From NCBI GenBank assembly GCA_030059675.1, contig JANVYQ010000003.1, positions 64,001 to 128,000 of the forward strand: 64,000 bases of DNA. The letters run 5' to 3'. Both the position numbers and the translations under genes were made by a program. This document shows positions 10,101-20,323 of this stretch, one piece after another (positions within the stretch are counted from its first letter, which is position 1; each line of letters starts with the position of its first letter). Source of the DNA: Candidatus Pelearchaeum maunauluense. GTDB lineage: Archaea; Thermoproteota; Nitrososphaeria_A; Caldarchaeales; Caldarchaeaceae. The notes beneath the pieces are model-generated. The model was not told the origin of the DNA and did no database searches. It worked only from the letters and a program-made list of their open reading frames with translations.

Positions 10101-11723
10101 ATGGCGACCCAATGCAACCAACAGCTAAGCCTCCACTGGCTTGAAAAGCTCGTCTTGCTCGCTCTAAACGAGCTTAATAGGCCAGCCATCTACGAAGAGC
10201 TGGCTCAAAAAGCCGTAGAGCTGGTAAATAGAGCCCAGACGGCACTAAGCCGCGAGTCCTTCACAACAACAGCACGGAAGCCATCTGCCATAGCAAAAGC
10301 ATGTGGATGGCTACAACAGAAACAACTGATAGAACAGTATGAACATGGAGAAACTACTAGGATAATATCGCTGGGCAGGGAGGGATTAAGATACGCGTCA
10401 GAGGGTCTGCCAGAGAGGAGGCTGGTTAATTTCCTGATAGAGAGAGGCGGAGAAGCCACGGTGGATGAAGTATCAAGTGCCGTCAACGATTATACGATTG
10501 CCCTAAACTGGGCTAAACGTAACGGCTGGATAGCATTTGATAAGAAAAACTCGGAAACCTATGTGAGGATTGTATCTGAGCCTCCCAGCATGACGGTAGC
10601 AGAAGAGCTGCTCCAACGCTTAATGCTTGAGGACACTATACCCATGGATTCTCTACCCGAAGAGATGAAGAACATAGTTGAGCAAATGATAACTAGGCAG
10701 GATGTAATTCGGATAGTTGAAAAACGGGAACGTAGAGTAGGACTGACGTCAAAAGGGAAAGAACTCGCCTCGCAGCTTGCAGCGGTAAAGCTTGAAGACA
10801 TACTGAGTGAGATAACACAGCTCACGCCTGAGATACTGAAGACGGGAAAATGGAGGCATCTAACCCTAAGCAAATACGACATAACCGCGGCGGTGCCACC
10901 AGTATTCGCAGCTAAACGACATCCACTCGTAGAACTAATACGCTTAGTCAAACAAGTCTATGTGGAGATGGGCTTTGAAGAAATACAAGGCCCAATCGTA
11001 GAGCTTGCCTTTTGGAATTTTGACGCCCTATTCCAGCCGCAAGACCATCCAGCACGCGAGATGCAAGACACTTTCTACGTTGATTTAGAGGAAAAAGGAG
11101 AAATTCCCAGAGAGTATGTGGATGAAGTAAAGAAGGTTCATGAAAACGGTGGAAGAACAGGCTCTAAAGGTTGGCGCTATAATTGGAGTGAAGACGAGGC
11201 GCGGAGGCTCGTGCTAAGAACGCATACAACAGCTACAACAATTAGACATTTGGCAGAAGTTAAAAAACCACCAATAAAAGTCTTCTCTGTAGATAGGATA
11301 TATAGAAATGAGAAAGTAGATTGGAAACACCTAGCGGAATTTCACCAGATAGAAGGTATAGTTATGGAGAAGGGAGCTAACTTCAGGCAGCTTATGGGAA
11401 TAATAAAAGAATTTTATTCTAGGCTGGGGTTGCGCGAGGTTAGGTTTAGGCCCAGCTATTTCCCATACACCGAGCCATCAGCGGAGGTTGAGGTTTTCCT
11501 AGGTGGCAAGTGGCTTGAGCTGGGTGGTATGGGTGTGTTCAGGCCAGAAACCACCGCCCCATTCGGAGTCAAGTATCCAGTTCTGGCATGGGGGCTTGGG
11601 CTTGAAAGACTAGCCATGGCTATCTACGGAGTTGAGGATATAAGAACCTTCAGCAGAAACGACCTCGCATGGCTTAGACGCACCTCACCACTAACCCCAT
11701 ACCGCGTCGCGGGAAGAATCTAA
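10101..11723 (+). CDS. pheS: Phenylalanyl-tRNA synthetase alpha subunit
   Basis: FWNFDALFQPQDHPAREMQDTF, LRTHTT, FHQIEG, YFPYTEPS, WGLGLERL. Start moved to the ATG at 10101. Confidence 0.97.
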   Translation: MATQCNQQLSLHWLEKLVLLALNELNRPAIYEELAQKAVELVNRAQTALSRESFTTTARKPSAIAKACGWLQQKQLIEQYEHGETTRIISLGREGLRYASEGLPERRLVNFLIERGGEATVDEVSSAVNDYTIALNWAKRNGWIAFDKKNSETYVRIVSEPPSMTVAEELLQRLMLEDTIPMDSLPEEMKNIVEQMITRQDVIRIVEKRERRVGLTSKGKELASQLAAVKLEDILSEITQLTPEILKTGKWRHLTLSKYDITAAVPPVFAAKRHPLVELIRLVKQVYVEMGFEEIQGPIVELAFWNFDALFQPQDHPAREMQDTFYVDLEEKGEIPREYVDEVKKVHENGGRTGSKGWRYNWSEDEARRLVLRTHTTATTIRHLAEVKKPPIKVFSVDRIYRNEKVDWKHLAEFHQIEGIVMEKGANFRQLMGIIKEFYSRLGLREVRFRPSYFPYTEPSAEVEVFLGGKWLELGGMGVFRPETTAPFGVKYPVLAWGLGLERLAMAIYGVEDIRTFSRNDLAWLRRTSPLTPYRVAGRI

Positions 11724-11736
11724 GAAGGGTGATAAG

Positions 11737-13410
11737 ATGCCAGTAGTTAATATAAGGTTAGAGAAGCTTTCAAAACTTATAGGAAAAGAACTAACAGCCG
11801 AAGAAGCAGCACAACATCTAGCAGCAGCGGGCTTGGGAATAGAGGAAACAACAGAAAACGAAATAAAAGTCGAATACAATCCAAACAGGCCTGACTACTC
11901 CAGCATACACGGAATAGCCAGAACACTCAAGGGAATACTCGGGAAACAACGCGGCCTACCACGCTTCAAGCTAAGAAACCCGAAGATAATCGTGAATGTA
12001 GACCCAAGCGTTCAGGGTGTCAGGCCGTATATAGTATGTGGTGTGGTAAGGAATCTGAGCCTAACCGAAGAAGACCTTGAGGAGCTAATAGCGATGCAAG
12101 AAGATCTTCACTGGATTCTGGGAAGAAACCGCAAGAAAGTCGCAATAGGTCTTCATAATCTAGACGTTCTCACACCGCCTTTTGTATATAGGGCTGTAAA
12201 ACCCGAAGAGCTACAATTTATCCCTCTTAAGAGCTCTACGAAAATGACACCTAAACAAATTCTTGAAGAGCATGAGATAGGGAGGAAATATGCGCATTTG
12301 CTAGAGAGTTATGATAGGTATCCCATGATTTTAGATGCCCGTGGAAACGTGCTATCCATGCCTCCAATAATAAACGCAAGCCTCACGGAATTGACCTCTG
12401 GCGTTAGAAATATATTCATAGATGTAACGGGAACCGACTGGGAAAAGATAAACCAAACGCTGAATATACTGATGACTTCTATGATTGATTCTGGCGGCTC
12501 TGGAGAGGCAGTAATAGTAAGGTATCAACGAAAACGTTATCTTACACCATTAATGAAAAACGAATACCTTACGCTGAAAAGCTCGCTGGTAAATGAGCTT
12601 CTAGGATTAAACCTCTCAGATAAAGCAATAATAGACCTCTTACGAATGATGAGGTTTGACGCCACACCTTCTAGAAAGGGTATGCTGAAAATCACAGTCC
12701 CACCATATAGAACTGATATAATGCATCCAGTTGACCTTGTGGAGGAAGTAGCTATAGCTTACGGGTATTCGCGGATGGAGTTGGAGCTCCCTAAGGCTCG
12801 GATTTTCGGCTCTGTGAGGAGAACTACAATTATTCAGGAGATTATTCGCGAGATAATGATAGGGCTTGGTTTCACCGAAGTTCTTAACATCCTACTGACG
12901 AATGAGGACGAGCAGTACAGGATGATGAACGTTAATGAACATCCGCACATACGTGTTCTTAATCCCGCCACGCGAGAATACACCATGATGCGGACATGGC
13001 TAATTCCCTCCCTTCTCCGCAACTTAGCTGACAACCAGCAGCATCTTTATCCACAGCGGCTTTTCGAGATTGGGGACGTAATAGTTCCAGACCCTACGCA
13101 GCCAGAGAAGGCGCGGAGACGCTTATCACTAGCCGCTGTATCGTGTCATGCTGACGCGTCGTTCAGCGAGATGAAAGGAATAGCTGAAGAGCTGTTTAGG
13201 CTGCTGGGTCTCAATATAATCTTCACCCCAACAGCACACACGTCATTCATAGACGGCCGCGTGGCAGAGCTATGCGTTAGAGACAGCCCAATAGGAATAA
13301 TGGGCGAGGTCTCCCCATCTGTTTTAGAGTCATTCGACCTCCCCATGCCCACAACGGCGTTTGAGGTTGATGTGGAGCAGGCCCTACAATACCGACTGGA
13401 GAAGGATTAA
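11737..13410 (+). CDS. pheT: Phenylalanyl-tRNA synthetase beta subunit
   Basis: NRPD, SMPPIIN, PPYRTDIMHPVDLVEEVAIAYG motifs; follows pheS. Confidence 0.97.
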   Translation: MPVVNIRLEKLSKLIGKELTAEEAAQHLAAAGLGIEETTENEIKVEYNPNRPDYSSIHGIARTLKGILGKQRGLPRFKLRNPKIIVNVDPSVQGVRPYIVCGVVRNLSLTEEDLEELIAMQEDLHWILGRNRKKVAIGLHNLDVLTPPFVYRAVKPEELQFIPLKSSTKMTPKQILEEHEIGRKYAHLLESYDRYPMILDARGNVLSMPPIINASLTELTSGVRNIFIDVTGTDWEKINQTLNILMTSMIDSGGSGEAVIVRYQRKRYLTPLMKNEYLTLKSSLVNELLGLNLSDKAIIDLLRMMRFDATPSRKGMLKITVPPYRTDIMHPVDLVEEVAIAYGYSRMELELPKARIFGSVRRTTIIQEIIREIMIGLGFTEVLNILLTNEDEQYRMMNVNEHPHIRVLNPATREYTMMRTWLIPSLLRNLADNQQHLYPQRLFEIGDVIVPDPTQPEKARRRLSLAAVSCHADASFSEMKGIAEELFRLLGLNIIFTPTAHTSFIDGRVAELCVRDSPIGIMGEVSPSVLESFDLPMPTTAFEVDVEQALQYRLEKD

Positions 13411-13436
13411 GAATAACTAGTGAAGTAGATATAGCT

Positions 13437-13519
13437 GCCCCGCTACCCGCCTTAAGCTCCACCGAGACACGGTGCACCACCCGTCAATGAGGGTGGAGTG
13501 TTGGTGGCGGGGCACATAC
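13437..13519 (+). ncRNA. Candidate box H/ACA guide sRNA (single hairpin)
   Basis: Lower stem GCCCCGCUA/UGGCGGGGC, internal pocket, upper stem GCUCCACC/GGUGGAGU, K-turn-like CCGA / AAUGA motifs, and ACA at 13514-13516, 14 nt from the base of the upper stem. Confidence 0.65.
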
Positions 13520-13585
13520 CAACTCTCACGTTGGAAAAGTTAAAAATTGTTCCTCATGCGCAATTTAGGTAAAAGGTGCTTATGG

Positions 13586-14680
13586 ATGGACATAGAAACA
13601 AGGATGGAGCTGATACTTAGAGAACCGACGGAGGAGGTCATAACCGTTGAAGAGCTACGCCAACTTCTGGAGACCGAATCACATCCCGTAGCTTATGACG
13701 GGTTTGAGCCTAGCGGGCTGGCCCACATCCCCTTCGGCATACTTAGAGCAATAAAGCTCCGCGACATAATCGAGGCAGGCTGCAGATTTAAGCTCCTCCT
13801 AGCAGATTGGCACGCCATGATAAACAACAAAATGGGCGGTGATTTGCAGAAGATTAGACGCGTGGGGGAATATTTTATAGAGGTGTGGAAGGCGTCTGGA
13901 ATAGATGTCGCTAAAGTCGAGATTGTGTGGGCGAACGATTTGGCCAGCGACCCAGATTATTGGTGGCTTGTAATACAGGTGGCCCGAAACTCAACGCTGA
14001 AGAGAATCCTAAGATGCTTGCCAATAATGGGGCGGCGCGAGGGAGAGCTACAGGAGGCGGCGCAGATAATATACCCAGCAATGCAGGTAGCGGATATCTT
14101 CAAACTAGAGGCAAAGATATGCCAGCTAGGGCTAGACCAGAGGAGGGCAAACATACTCGCGCGAGAGCTGGGGCCGAAGCTGGGATATTGGAAGCCCGTA
14201 GCAGTGCATCACCACATGCTGATGGGGCTCTCAGGCCCTATCACTCCTGCTGGTCTTGAAGATGAGAGCGAGGAGCTTGATGTGGAGATTAGCTCGAAGA
14301 TGAGTAAGAGCAAGCCCGAAACAAGCATCTTCGTCCATGACGACCTAGAGACTATAAGGAGCAAGCTCATGTCGGCATATTGTCCGCCAAAGCAGACCGC
14401 GGGAAACCCAGTATTGGAGTACTGCAAGTATGTCATATTCAGGATGAATAGAGAGCTTGACGTTGATAGGCCAGCGAAATACGGCGGGCCGGTACAATAT
14501 AGTAGCTATAAAGAACTTGAGCGGGACTATATGGAAGGCCGATTACATCCCCTAGACCTTAAGAATGCTGTGGCGGAGGCGCTTTATAAGATACTCGAAC
14601 CAATACGGGAGCACTTTAAAAAAGACCCAAGGGCACGAGAGCTGTATGAGTTTGTCAAATCCCAGGAAATAACTAGATGA
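13586..14680 (+). CDS. tyrS: Tyrosyl-tRNA synthetase
   Basis: AYDGFEPSG, LADWHA, YPAMQVADI, GLDQR, KMSKS motifs. Start moved to ATG 13586. Confidence 0.97.
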   Translation: MDIETRMELILREPTEEVITVEELRQLLETESHPVAYDGFEPSGLAHIPFGILRAIKLRDIIEAGCRFKLLLADWHAMINNKMGGDLQKIRRVGEYFIEVWKASGIDVAKVEIVWANDLASDPDYWWLVIQVARNSTLKRILRCLPIMGRREGELQEAAQIIYPAMQVADIFKLEAKICQLGLDQRRANILARELGPKLGYWKPVAVHHHMLMGLSGPITPAGLEDESEELDVEISSKMSKSKPETSIFVHDDLETIRSKLMSAYCPPKQTAGNPVLEYCKYVIFRMNRELDVDRPAKYGGPVQYSSYKELERDYMEGRLHPLDLKNAVAEALYKILEPIREHFKKDPRARELYEFVKSQEITR

Positions 14681-14866
14681 AGCTTTCCAATGGCCGAGGG
14701 GTTTAAAATACATCCAACTAAAGTGATAAAGTATGCGCCTTTACCTAAGCTAATCACCACACAGTGATAACAAAACAATAATTAACCCCGAATAGATTTA
14801 ATAGTTGTAGGGTAGGGGTAGTGTTTCTTTTGGAGTCAAAACATCTAGAACGAGTGGAACAGAATC

Positions 14867-17506
14867 ATGAACCAGGTAGTTGAAATTCCTAGGAAAGTAA
14901 TTAAGAGAGACGGCCGCGTGGTCGACTTTGACCAGAGCCGTATACGCGAAGCTGTAAGGAAGGCCATGCTTTCCGTGGGCGAGGTTGACGAACAGAAGCT
15001 AGCCGAGGTAGTGAATTACGTGCTTAGGGTTTTGGCGGAAAAATATGGTACGGCCAAGATGCCTCATGTGGAGGATATACAGGATATAGTCGAGCTAGCC
15101 TTAACCAAGTTTGACCTCTATGAAGTAGCTAAGGCGTACATCCTCTACCGTAAGGAGCGAGAGCGAATACGTGAAGAGAAGAAGCGTATTCTGGAGCGCG
15201 ACTATGTGGATGAGGTGGATAAGAAGTTCTCGATTAATGCCATCCGCTTAATGGCTTCACGTTATTTACTCCGCGACAACACGGGAAGGCTGATTGAAGG
15301 GCCTAAGCAGCTTTTCCAAAGGGTAGCGGCGCTCATAGTAATCCCAGACATACTTTACGACTCGCGTATATTTGATAAGGATGGAAAGCAGCCCAGATGG
15401 GAGCTTGATAACTTCAACCCAGTGGAGTATGAAGGTAAGCTGGGGCTTGGAAGAACAGAAGACGGCTCTTATGAGGTTACGTGGAATAAGCATCATCTTG
15501 AACGTATGAGAAGCCTTTACGAATATCTAAACGACCAGGGGAAGATGCGCGTATCGTGGAGTCAGTTTATAGAAAAGCTAAAGAATGGAGAGTTTGAGGA
15601 ATATTATAAGAATTATAGGGAATATTACGAGCTAATGGTTGATAAGAAGTTCATGCCCAACAGCCCCACGCTCTTTAACGCGGGGGCTAGATTAGGGCAG
15701 TTGAGCGCCTGTTTCGTACTGCCTGTTGAGGATGATATGGAGAGTATTATGAAGTCTGCCCGCGACGCTGCCATGATATTCAAATCAGGAGGAGGAATCG
15801 GAATAAACTATTCTCCACTCAGGCCTGAGGGAGACACCGTTTTTTCAACATTTGGAGTAGCATCAGGTCCCGTGTCTTTCATGCGCATAATAGACGTAGT
15901 AACAGACGTTGTAAAACAAGGCGGGAAAAGACGCGGCGCCAACATGGGAATACTAGAGATATGGCACCCAGATATAGAGAAGTTCGTAACCGCGAAATCT
16001 AAGGAAGGCTTTCTAGAGAACTTTAACATCTCAGTCCTCATAACACCAGATTTCTGGAGCTACTATCATGCGAATAAGCCATATCCGTTGATAAACCCGC
16101 GTGATAAGAGCGTATGGCGAACTATAGACCCGAAACACTTGTTCAGGGAAATCGCAGACATGGCTTGGAAGACGGCAGACCCAGGGGTATTATTCTTAGA
16201 CAACATAAACCGCAGGAACCCGCTGAAGAAGATATACGGCGATATACGCTCCACCAACCCCTGCGGCGAACAGCCTTTATACCCATACGAGTCGTGCAAC
16301 CTAGGCTCAATCAACCTATATGCATTTGCTAAAAACGATGGCGGGAAGCTCTTTATTGATTGGAGCGAGTTAGAGAAGGCTGTAAAAATCGCCCTACGCT
16401 TTCTCGATAATGTGATTGATGTGAATAATTATCCAATACGCGAGATTGGGGAGATGACAAAGAAAACACGAAGAGTTGGCCTGGGAATAATGGGGTTGGC
16501 TGATTTGCTCTATGCCCTACGAATACCCTATAACAGTGAAGAAGGCTTTGCGTTGATGAGCAAACTCATGGAGTTCATATCCTATCACGCTATTAAGTCT
16601 TCTGTAGAGCTTGCTAAGGAGCGTGGTTCTTTCCCCGACTATCATAAATCAGCGTATGCAGAGGGCAAGCTACCCATAGAGGGCTACTATCATCGTGAGT
16701 GGTGGACCATGGATTGGGATTCTCTGGCCGAGGACATACGGCGATACGGCATACGTAACTCTCACACAACAACCGTAGCGCCTACAGGAAGCATATCCAT
16801 GCTGGTTGATGTTTCATCAGGGCTGGAGCCCCAGTTCGCCATAGTATTTGAGAAACGGGTTAGCGTAGGAACGTTCTACTACACCGACCTAGAGTTTGAG
16901 CGTCAGATGAAGGAATTAGGTCTCTACAAAGAGACCTTACTAAAGAAGATATCAGATAATGGCGGCTCTCTTCAGGGTATTGAAGAAATACCAGAAGAGC
17001 TAAGGAGAGTATTCCTAGTTGCGTATGATGTGCCATGGTGGGACCATATACGTGCTCAGTATGAGATACAGAAGTGGGTAGACGCGTCCGTGAGTAAGAC
17101 GATAAACATGCCGAGCTGGGTTACTGTTGATGATGTTATGAAAGCATACTTATTCGCCTACAACCTAGGCCTTAAGGGCATCACAATATACCGCGACTCA
17201 TCCAAAAGTGCGCAAGTGCTTGTAACACCTTCGCAGAGACTCAGCCGTTACATAGCAGTAACGCCGAATAAAACTCTGCAGATGATGGAGAAGCTTGGAG
17301 TAAAACCCTCTATCGGTACCGAAGACTTACAGCAGGAAGCCGCTCAGAAAAAACAGATATCACTAGTCACGTCTGTTGAGGGTCCGAGTGTCTCTGAAGA
17401 TAGACAAGATGAAGCTTGTCCATCTTGCGATAGTACAAACTTAGTATATCAGGAAGGTTGTATTAAATGTCTTGATTGTGGATGGTCAAGCTGTGTAGTG
17501 GCTTAG
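14867..17506 (+). CDS. nrdJ: Adenosylcobalamin-dependent (class II) ribonucleotide reductase with ATP cone and C-terminal Cys-rich tail
   Basis: VIKRDG ATP cone, PNSPTLFNAG, LSACFV, TNPCGEQ, CNLGSINL, APTGSIS, CPSC..CLDC. Confidence 0.95.
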   Translation: MNQVVEIPRKVIKRDGRVVDFDQSRIREAVRKAMLSVGEVDEQKLAEVVNYVLRVLAEKYGTAKMPHVEDIQDIVELALTKFDLYEVAKAYILYRKERERIREEKKRILERDYVDEVDKKFSINAIRLMASRYLLRDNTGRLIEGPKQLFQRVAALIVIPDILYDSRIFDKDGKQPRWELDNFNPVEYEGKLGLGRTEDGSYEVTWNKHHLERMRSLYEYLNDQGKMRVSWSQFIEKLKNGEFEEYYKNYREYYELMVDKKFMPNSPTLFNAGARLGQLSACFVLPVEDDMESIMKSARDAAMIFKSGGGIGINYSPLRPEGDTVFSTFGVASGPVSFMRIIDVVTDVVKQGGKRRGANMGILEIWHPDIEKFVTAKSKEGFLENFNISVLITPDFWSYYHANKPYPLINPRDKSVWRTIDPKHLFREIADMAWKTADPGVLFLDNINRRNPLKKIYGDIRSTNPCGEQPLYPYESCNLGSINLYAFAKNDGGKLFIDWSELEKAVKIALRFLDNVIDVNNYPIREIGEMTKKTRRVGLGIMGLADLLYALRIPYNSEEGFALMSKLMEFISYHAIKSSVELAKERGSFPDYHKSAYAEGKLPIEGYYHREWWTMDWDSLAEDIRRYGIRNSHTTTVAPTGSISMLVDVSSGLEPQFAIVFEKRVSVGTFYYTDLEFERQMKELGLYKETLLKKISDNGGSLQGIEEIPEELRRVFLVAYDVPWWDHIRAQYEIQKWVDASVSKTINMPSWVTVDDVMKAYLFAYNLGLKGITIYRDSSKSAQVLVTPSQRLSRYIAVTPNKTLQMMEKLGVKPSIGTEDLQQEAAQKKQISLVTSVEGPSVSEDRQDEACPSCDSTNLVYQEGCIKCLDCGWSSCVVA

Positions 17507-17617
17507 AATAGGAAATACCGCTAAATCATATTTTAGGTTTTTGAATTTAATCCAGCTTCTCAAGGATTAATAATTAGCTTGCTTCTCTGGCCGACGACTA
17601 GTGGGCGGTGAAGCTGT

Positions 17618-19090
17618 ATGTCATTTGACTTTACACCCACGCTAAACACATTGATAATACTAACTGTAATATCGCCCTTGTTCTCCTATGCTTCACGTAG
17701 GACGGGAGTCAGGCTGCTTGCCGATGCATACGCTATAATGGCGTTTGCGGCAAGCCTCATAATAGCTCTCACACAGTTCTCAGAAGTAGCTACTAACGGG
17801 CCTATAATTAGAGTAGCTGGGGAAGATCCCCTAACATCTACGGTAATTTACGTGGACCAACTCGCCATGTATGTTGCGGGAATTTTCATATTCATAGGCC
17901 TGCTGGCTGCGATTTTCTCGGTTGGATATATTGAGGAGAGGAAGCCGGAGTATTATCCGCTTCTTCTCACCATGGTTACGGGAATGGTTGGGGTGGCGTT
18001 TGCAGGCGACCTCTTTCTACTCTTCATCTTCTGGGAGATGATGTCAATCTCGTCATACTTGCTTGTGGCTTTCAGGTATAGAAACTGGGAGGCCGTAGAA
18101 GCTTCCTTCAAATATCTAATCATTAGTGCTGCTGGCGCGGCGGCTATACTGTTTGCTATGTCCTTCCTCTATGGAATGGTGGGTACGCTTAATATAGCTA
18201 TACTCGCAGAGACCCTAGCTACTGGCGTTGCCGCTGGCGAGTTCTGGAGCTACGTCATCATAGCTCTGCTAGTGGCAGGGTTCGGCGTCAACGCGGCCAT
18301 GTTCCCATTCCATTCATGGCTTCCAGACGCGCACCCAGCAGCCCCAAGCCCCATAAGCGCTATGCTGTCGGGAGTTGTCATAAAAACGGGAATATACGCG
18401 CTATTCAGAATCATGACCTTCGTATTCCCAGCAACGCTGTTCGACTGGAGTATAGTTCTCGCCATCTTCGCCGTACTAACCATGACCGTGGGAAACCTTA
18501 TGGCATTATTGCAAGAGGACATTAAGCGCCTCCTAGCGTTTAGCTCAATAGCCCACATAGGGTATATACTGCTTGCCCTATCGATATTCAGCGTAGGCGG
18601 CCTAGCTGGGGGGCTCCTTCATATATTAAACCACGCCAGCATGAAGGCGCTTCTCTTCCTTGCCGCGGGAGCTTTTATCCACGCCACTGCCACGCGAAAC
18701 ATAGACGAGCTAGCTGGAATCGGTAGGACGATGCCCATCTCAGCGGTGGCGTTCACGATAGGAGCATTCTCGCTAGCTGGAATACCAGGTCTAAACACAT
18801 TTTGGAGCGAAGCCCAGATAATAATAGCTGGAATAGAAGCAGGCTTTACAGTATTCGTTGTGATAATGATAATTAACATATTGATAAGCGTAGCCTACTA
18901 CCTACGGCTTGTTCAGACAATCTTCTTTAAGCCACCGTCGGAGAAAGCTATGAAGGCTCACGATGGAAGCGTCAGCATGATAACGCCATTGATACTCCTT
19001 TCAATACTCGCGATAGTAATCGGAGTTTATCCAGCACCATTCTTTAAAACGGTTTTCAACATAGCCCGAATACTCATAGCCAGCCCTTAA
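17618..19090 (+). CDS. Proton-translocating membrane subunit (NuoN/MrpD family)
   Basis: FIFWEMM, EASFKYL, HSWLPDAHPAAPSP, KRLLAFSSIAHIGY motifs; ~14 TM. Confidence 0.88.
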   Translation: MSFDFTPTLNTLIILTVISPLFSYASRRTGVRLLADAYAIMAFAASLIIALTQFSEVATNGPIIRVAGEDPLTSTVIYVDQLAMYVAGIFIFIGLLAAIFSVGYIEERKPEYYPLLLTMVTGMVGVAFAGDLFLLFIFWEMMSISSYLLVAFRYRNWEAVEASFKYLIISAAGAAAILFAMSFLYGMVGTLNIAILAETLATGVAAGEFWSYVIIALLVAGFGVNAAMFPFHSWLPDAHPAAPSPISAMLSGVVIKTGIYALFRIMTFVFPATLFDWSIVLAIFAVLTMTVGNLMALLQEDIKRLLAFSSIAHIGYILLALSIFSVGGLAGGLLHILNHASMKALLFLAAGAFIHATATRNIDELAGIGRTMPISAVAFTIGAFSLAGIPGLNTFWSEAQIIIAGIEAGFTVFVVIMIINILISVAYYLRLVQTIFFKPPSEKAMKAHDGSVSMITPLILLSILAIVIGVYPAPFFKTVFNIARILIASP

Positions 19091-19152
19091 AATTATCCCT
19101 CTCACGTTTTTAAGATACTTCCACCTTACATACAATAGACAGGTGACGCATA

Positions 19153-20277
19153 TTGCCGCGGCAAACAAAGAAGAAGGAACAGGAAGACGGGAAAAAACAA
19201 TACTCGGTACTAAAGGTACGTGAAGAAATAGTTGGAAAGCTCAAGAAATTGGGAGAACGTGTGCTCTCGTATCTGGAGCGTGGCGAGTTCCCAGAGATAG
19301 AGCTCCCCTCACGAACCACAACAAACATAGAATACAATAGCGAATTAAGACAATACGTGCTCGGCTCAAAGACGGTAACGCGCACTACACGCAATATAAA
19401 GCATCTAAGACCATTTACACAGCTTATGTGGATGGCTATGTTCGCAAAGCAGCTTGTTGAAACGAGGAAAACCAGCACACTTAGGGATGCGTTTTATAAC
19501 GCTATAGGTTTCGGAATAGATTTTGAAGACCAGCAGGAAAGCGATGAAACGGTAACTGAGTTGGAGACGTTGGTAGGAACTGTGCGGGAGGACTTTAACA
19601 TATATCCCGAAGAACGTTCAAGCGTATTTGGGAGGCTAGTTATAGAATATACCGTCCCAGGATATGAGGGTAGGCGCCTTGACCTAACTACAATACCTGA
19701 CGGCGCTATGATTGGGCCCGCTATGACTACTGCAGAATTTGTTAGATGCGATGCTGAGCAGGTATTTGTTGTTGAGAAGGGCGCTGTCTATCAGAGATTT
19801 TTAGAAGAGAACGTAAGCGATAGACATAAGGCTATAATAATTCATACGGCTGGTCAGGCTCCCAGGGCTACGCGCAGGTTCGTCAGAAGACTTAACCAGG
19901 AGCTCAACCTTCCCGTCTATATCTTCACCGACGGAGACCCATGGGGTATGCATATTGCGAGTGTGTTGATTTACGGCTCGGCGTTGGCGGCTCACGTGAG
20001 GGAGCTCAACGTGCCAGACGCTATATGGGCAGGCCTATGGGCAAGCGACATCAGCAAATACAAACTACCAGCTATGCGGTTTAATGACGAAGACGCGAGG
20101 AGAATAGTCGAGTTGGAGCGCGACCCGCGATACGTCTCCGACCCGTGGAAGAGGGAGATAGCTGTCTTCAAGAAGATCCAAAGGAAGGCGGAGCTTGAGG
20201 CCTTGAGCCGCTATGGACTGGAATACATAGTCACAGATTACCTGCCAGAAAAGCTGGCCGAGGTGACAAAAAGATAA
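19153..20277 (+). CDS. top6A: DNA topoisomerase VI subunit A
   Basis: TLRDAFY (catalytic Tyr), VVEKGA, TOPRIM FTDGDPWG, KAELEAL. Confidence 0.95.
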   Translation: MPRQTKKKEQEDGKKQYSVLKVREEIVGKLKKLGERVLSYLERGEFPEIELPSRTTTNIEYNSELRQYVLGSKTVTRTTRNIKHLRPFTQLMWMAMFAKQLVETRKTSTLRDAFYNAIGFGIDFEDQQESDETVTELETLVGTVREDFNIYPEERSSVFGRLVIEYTVPGYEGRRLDLTTIPDGAMIGPAMTTAEFVRCDAEQVFVVEKGAVYQRFLEENVSDRHKAIIIHTAGQAPRATRRFVRRLNQELNLPVYIFTDGDPWGMHIASVLIYGSALAAHVRELNVPDAIWAGLWASDISKYKLPAMRFNDEDARRIVELERDPRYVSDPWKREIAVFKKIQRKAELEALSRYGLEYIVTDYLPEKLAEVTKR

Positions 20278-20323
20278 CTGTAAGCATCAGGAAGATACAT
20301 ATACAGAGAGGGCGGGCTCTTAA

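Noticed and set aside
13437-13519. TPP riboswitch, tRNA or 5S rRNA reading of the pheT-tyrS hairpin
   Set aside because: It lacks the TPP core, a T-loop/cloverleaf and 5S conserved motifs; the H/ACA layout fits better.
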